Shown here in pieces: positions 58,296 through 64,000 of a stretch of 64,000 bases of DNA. Source of the stretch: Tubulanus polymorphus (taxonomy: Eukaryota > Animalia > Nemertea). The notes beneath the pieces are model-generated. The model saw only the letters and a list, made by a program, of their open reading frames with translations. It did no database searches and was not told the DNA's origin. Location of the stretch: the NCBI RefSeq assembly GCF_964204645.1, contig NC_134034.1, positions 4,047,814-4,111,813 of the forward strand. The letters are read 5' to 3'. How positions within the stretch are numbered: the first letter of the stretch is position 1; the number at the start of each line of letters is the position of its first letter. A program made the position numbers and the translations under genes.

Positions 58296-58819
58296 AAAGT
58301 ACTCAATTCATTTTCTGAACATGTTAAGATACTAATAGTCCATAATTATAGTTATTTTAATTGTTGCCTCTGTTTGACCTAGTTTTTAGAAATGTTGCAA
58401 ATTCGCAACATTGGTAAAATATGAAAAGTTTCCATAAACCTGACAAGAAAATGTTTTCAGATTTATGCTTCTGATTTTAAAGAACATAGTTTCTTCTAAT
58501 AAAAACTTACAAAATATTGTGATTTAGTCTTCAAACATAGCATTTTGAACAACAATTTCAGGCATAACCACCTGGGCATAGTCTACCCCTGGCGAATCTC
58601 GATATGGTCAGCCCATGATCTAAGAAATCATATCTAACATCATCATGCATAGTTTTATAACAGACCTACGTTTATTCGCGGCTGGAGGGGATAATTGGGC
58701 TTCAAGACATGGGTGACCAACATGAGATTTCTTACCAGCATCGATCATGGCTTCAGCAACTGAAGCCCAATACCTCCTCATCATAAAATCTTATAAATAA
58801 GTACTGTGAATGCAAGGAT

Positions 58820-60057
58820 AACTAGGGGTCCAGGGACACCATGCCCACTTGGGAAGTGGTTTCAAATGCTCAACAATCTAACAATTTCAATATTCAACGC
58901 CCCCTGGTGACCATTTACAAAAACCAACGACCTTGAAACTCACCACAATCATAGAACATGTCAGCAGCTACGATTTTGTAATTGATTGTGATAACAAAAT
59001 ATGCCTCGTTACCAATTTAATATGGAAATACAAAGTCATTCTACTATTCAACGCCCCCTGGTGACCATATTCAAAACCCAATGACCTCGAAACTCACCAC
59101 AATCATAGAACATGTCATGAACTACAACTTTGCAATTGATCATGGTAACAAAATATGCCTAGGTACCAATATAATAAGGAAATACTAAGTTATTCTACTA
59201 TTCAACGCCCCCTGGTGACCATATAGAAAAACTAATGTCCTTAAAACTCGCAACAATCATAGGTGATGTCATGAGCTATAACTTTCCAATTGACTGTGGT
59301 TACAAAATATGCATAGGTACGAATATAATAAAGAAATGCTAAGATATTGTATTATTCAACGCCCCCTGGTGACCATATACGAAATCCAATTACCTTGAAA
59401 CTCACCACAATCATAGAACACGTTATTAGCTACAACTTTCTAATTGATTGTGGTAGCAAAATACGCTTAGGTATCAATATAATGTGGAAAAACTTTTTCC
59501 CACTTACGAATGAGTACTGGTGACACAAAGATGGCCGCCAATTGCGTCATAATTGGCTGATGAAAAATACCTGTCTCAGGTATAAAACATCCCTTTCCAT
59601 AGAATACCCATCACAAATTGCAATGAGAAATAGCAAACCAGTAGGAAGCTACAGGACTCAGAATTCGGGCCAAAATTAACATTTTTGGGCACTAAAAAGG
59701 TCATAGGACGGCCATCTTGAGTCCGAACCACCCAATTTTTGTTATGTTGATGGGCCCTGGGGGGATTTACATATATCCGAAAGACCAAGGTAATTGATCA
59801 AAGCGTCTTCAAAATTTCCCTCAAAAACTTCAAAAATGTGTAAAAAGTGCTGATTTTGGCGAACAACAATGGCTGCCAGCCGGCCATCTTGAATCTGACA
59901 GGGCCAGTTTTTGGGCTGAAGATGTGTCTAGGGTCGATACATGTAAAAACCAAATACCAAATAACTGGATTCCGTCTACGGACGGACGGACGGACGGACG
60001 ACGGACGAAAAGTGAACGCAATAGCCCGCTGGGACTAAAGTCCCAAGTGGGCTAAAA
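58820..60057 (-). mobile_element. Complete Helentron-associated element (HINE/DINE-1-like) with ~4 x 154-bp internal tandem repeats
   Basis: Minus strand: TT, subterminal GCCCACTTGGG with its inverted partner, (GTCC)n, repeats (plus-strand monomer starts 58891, 59045, 59199, 59353), CCCAAGTGGGC, hairpin GGTGTCC-CT-GGACCCC, TAGTT. Confidence 0.85.
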
Positions 60058-60804
60058 AGGCTCTAATCAATAGAAATAGATTTAAAGGGGGAAACGTCAA
60101 TTAAAAAAATATTTGTCAAAATTTCATTTTACCCCGTCAACCAATGTTTTGCACACTAAAATTCATGGACCAAATTACAGATTTTCAAATGTAAAAAAAA
60201 TTGAATCTTTAGGCTTTATATTTCAATATTAACATCTGATCTTTTCAAGGAAACAACAAGGTCTTGTTTATAATCGAGCAGAACTTGCCTTCAAAAATTT
60301 GACACATTTAGGTCATGGAGGCAGTGATTGTGCAATGCCGACCAGTGAAAGGTATTGTAAGGTGCTGCCATCTTATGGAGCTTAAAAGAACTACTTTTAT
60401 GTTGCGATTCTACAACAATTGGTTAATAATCGACAGATATTAATAATAAGGATACCAACCGACCCCAAAATTGTTGTTGCAAATTCGCAACCCGGGTTAA
60501 CATAGGGTTAAAATCTAACAATAATTTCTCAAATTCTATGCGTGATAAGATCGTGGCACATATGAACTCTAAGTTCTAATCAGACTTTATTTCGACGCGT
60601 GATCATGCCTTGGAATTTGGATTGGAATACCGAAAATTGAGTTCAAAATTACTTGAAAATGAACCAATTTTGATCGAGTGGGTCTGATATCTCAGTGGCG
60701 CCATCTGACGGGATAGCTGGTGTGCCGGTTCCCCATCACCGGTACCGTGATCAAATTCGCATATGTTTGTATGCCCGCATTGCTTATCAGCTTAGAAAAA
60801 TTGC

Positions 60805-61525
60805 ATCACTCGGACTCAAGATGGCTGTCCTGTGATCTTTTTTGTGCCAAAAATGTCATTTTGCCCTGAATCGCGGGACCTGTAGCTTCCTAAAGGTTTG
60901 CAATTTTTCATTGAAATTCGCGATGGTTATATTTTGGGAAGGGATCTTTAACATATCAGACAGATGTTTTGATCAGTCAATTGCCACACAATAGGCAGCC
61001 AGTCTTAGTGTCATCAGTCCGTAGACAAAGGATTTTGGAAAATTTTTGGAAGATTTTGGATGAGGAAAATATGAACAGGTTTTAACTTGTAGTCTTCGAT
61101 ATTTGATAATATTGTCACCACTACTATAGGATTCATCACCTCATGTGCGAATTGAGATTACCCAGATTATTGTTTTCGCTACGAGAGGGAGTTGAATATA
61201 GGATGATATACAATTTATCTATTTATATTGGTACCTACGGATATTTAGTAACCAGAAACAATCGGAAAGTTGTAGATATTTTCTATGATTGTGGGGGTTT
61301 AAGGTAATCAGTTGGTTTTTTGGTCACCATAAGGCATGGATAGCCGAAAAACTTAGTACTTTCACGTTGTATTGGTACCTATTAATTAAGGCATATTTTG
61401 TTACCGCAATCAATTGTAGCTTGTGACATGTTCTGTGATTGTGGTGAGTTTCAAAACCAGTTTCCTGATTGCGTAGAATTTCAAACCACTTTCCAAGTGG
61501 TTTGTGATATATTGGACCCCTATTT
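60805..61525 (+). mobile_element. Diverged HINE copy in the opposite orientation
   Basis: Reverse-complement similarity to 58820-59725, including decayed monomers and a GGACCCCTATTTT end. Confidence 0.65.
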
Positions 61526-62146
61526 TTACCTTCTAGTTTGACAAGGTTTACTGTAGTTCGTTTCCGTGAAATTCGCCGGCAAACGCACCGGATCATACTT
61601 TCATGCGAATGGAGAGACGCGTATGAAGATGAATAGCTTACTATTAATCAGATGTTGATGACGCTGATTAACGGGAAGGTCACTCATTGTGGCCTACATC
61701 TATTGACAGAACGTGTGTCAACTACTCGTCGCTCGGCAAGTGCCGTCGTCGTCTCGTCTGTACGACACTAATTAACAACCGGTTGCGGCAAAAGAAAGGG
61801 ATGCGGTCTGAATTGCGACTGACAAGGAATCATTAAATCACTCGTTGTTGGTGCTTTGAACGTGCGCGTGGTTCGGTTGATGATTCTGGGAAGTGTGGCC
61901 AGGCACCGATTGAGTTTCTTGGAATCGGGTAGTGCGTTATGCTTGATAATGAGAAGCCAATTCAGTTACGCAAATCTCTGCTTTCTCTTCATCGTTCTCT
62001 GGTGTGATCCTTTTATCCGTTTTCCTTTTTGTTCCTTTGTTTACGAGAAAAAAAACGAACTTTCGAATCTTCGTTTCTGTTTTGAATGAACTCCTCCGAT
62101 AAAAACACTTCTTATTTAAGGTCATCGTTGATATTAACTTTATAAT

Positions 62147-62881
62147 CAGGGGCGGATCCAGAAATTTGGGAAGAGAGGGACGAAGCGCAGTCAATTCCCG
62201 TTTATAATATAATTTGCTTTACATTCCAATGAAAAATGCATTCTGAAATTGACGATCGAACTTGAAAACGAGAAAACTAACTTGAAAGTTTATTGAAGCT
62301 TTCAAAAACAACACACATTGTTTAATACTGTCGAAAATAGTAAAATATGATATTTATTATATACACATGTAATATAAAGGATCAATTAAGTCATTTTAGA
62401 TTTGAATATATGAATAATTGAATTGAATTGACCGGCAACCAGTCTTAACTCCATAAATTGATGACGTAGCACACATCCTCTCAAAAATAATCATAAAAGT
62501 TTATCTAAAATGAAATAATAGTAATGAAATATATTTAGTTACAAAGCAACTGCCTAAATTGACAATTGTAATTGTTACTTTGAAAAACCAACGTAACAAC
62601 AATATCGATGACGTAGTGCACATCGACTCACACAGAACCCCCATATAACGCATACTAGGTATCAACGTATATAAACATTATCGTAACTGTTTTAACGGCA
62701 TCAAAAATAGTTGTGCATTACTTGCAGTGATCGCTGGCAGATGACGAAACAGCAATCGATAAATATTTGAATTGTGGTTAGTTTCACCATTAATATGATT
62801 GGTATCACTATCGGAAAATTTGCGAACACGGAGCGGGGAAGCGTTGAACCTCTAACCTCCCTTACCTTGGATTCGCCCCTG
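62147..62881. mobile_element. CAGGGGCGGATCC-type TIR element (TSD not evident)
   Basis: CAGGGGCGGATCCA...TGGATTCGCCCCTG. Confidence 0.55.
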
Positions 62882-63846
62882 GTATACGTTTCATGATTTC
62901 TAGCTCGAAGTAATTGAGAATGAGAATACTTATATTGTACTACGTGTACTTACATAGTAACGTACGTCTCTGATAACTCGATTTATTAATGAATTGACGA
63001 TGAGAAGTGTCCACCATCGGTGACTAATCATAACTTAACTGAATCCCTGTCGTTATATTTTATCGATATCAAACAATACTACGATTCTTCAAAGATGGTG
63101 CAGGGTAGATCCAGGGTCCAATTTTGAATAAGCCACCAAAATAAAAAGATATACATTGTAGGTATCAACCCCAATGCGCGGTAAAATCATTTTCAACCAT
63201 TTTTGTTGTTTTTTACTCAAGGCGTGCGATCGATGAAAACGTTTGAAGCACACGCTTGAATATTTGGCCTGATAGAATATTCGAGCAATTTCTAAATTCA
63301 TTTCGAATTTTTCAGTCTTTCCAAAAGGGGCATTTCAGATTTTTGAGTGCCTCACGTGAGGCATGTGATGTACCCTAAATCCACCGCCCAGTGGATCAGC
63401 AAATTGAAATAGACACGGAATTTGAAAAAGGCAGACTTGCAATGCGATGGCTGCAAGCACGAATATTAGTGTGGGCTTCTGGTAGCACTTACACAGATTA
63501 TTTAGGACAAAAGGGGATTTTATGGCCCTCATCACGACCCATTTCGACTTATTTCTATCCTTTTTAATATTCTCTTCGCCAAAAATAGTTCTCGCATCTT
63601 AAAGAGGGCACCATCGAATTTTGGAAATCCGCCTGCGAATTGATCGAATTATTTCGTCACCGTTCGGTTGACCTTGACCTCGACCTAGTAGGCGTATGTG
63701 ACGCCAGATACAAGTAGCAGGCGAAAGAGACACCCGACTGTCCTGTAATTATAGCGTAATACGAGACACCACCAAAAAATTGCGCACAGACGAAACCGAA
63801 TATCGGGTCCACTAACTGACGTGTGTACGTGCATGCTAGTTCGTAA

Positions 63847-64000
63847 ATGGCCAACTTTCTTTCTTGTCTTCTCCTTCGTTCGATTGCTATTCACGTCATG
63901 TGCAATATGGCAGTGACATTTTTTTTCTTTTATTGTCGCGATACATTTCCTAAGAGTTCGTTTCCTACCGATCACCTATCGTATTATGAAGAACAAGTAG
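63847..64000 (+). CDS. Possible start of a membrane-anchored protein running out of the window
   Basis: ATG in AAAATGG-like context, MANFLSCLLLRSIAIHVMCNMAVTFFFFYCRDTFP..., frame open to the window end. No family recognised. Confidence 0.2.
   Translation, partial: MANFLSCLLLRSIAIHVMCNMAVTFFFFYCRDTFPKSSFPTDHLSYYEEQV

Noticed and set aside
58891-59500. Regular repeats as a CRISPR array
   Set aside because: Whole 154-bp units are homologous with no unique spacers, and they lie inside a HINE.

Overview
AT-rich, intron-containing eukaryotic DNA, most likely from a marine invertebrate (a lophotrochozoan is inferred from the GPCR families and TE content). The left 12 kb holds the 3' part of a GRL101-like LRR-GPCR, two decayed peptide-receptor-like GPCR pseudogenes and an intronless, divergent SLC18 (VMAT/VAChT)-like MFS transporter. 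The 12-26 kb region is a stack of nested transposons (Harbinger transposase relic, MITEs, CR1/L2-group LINE ends, Penelope relics). About 26.5-56.5 kb is a tubulin glutamylase TTLL4 gene on the + strand: I traced 15 coding exons with consistent GT-AG phases (1284 aa) plus a probable 5' UTR exon. The 56.7-61.5 kb region is a cluster of Helentron/DINE-1-like elements carrying 154-bp tandem repeats. Main finding: the TTLL4 stop is UGA-CUAG, the canonical readthrough context. It is followed in frame by 201 more sense codons with exon-like composition, encoding a basic patch and a Glu-rich tail containing GEEY, which resembles a tubulin tail. Second finding: a family of Penelope-type minimal hammerhead ribozymes, including an intact one inside a TSD-flanked palindromic insertion on the sense strand of a TTLL4 intron. 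All calls were made by eye, with no searches run.
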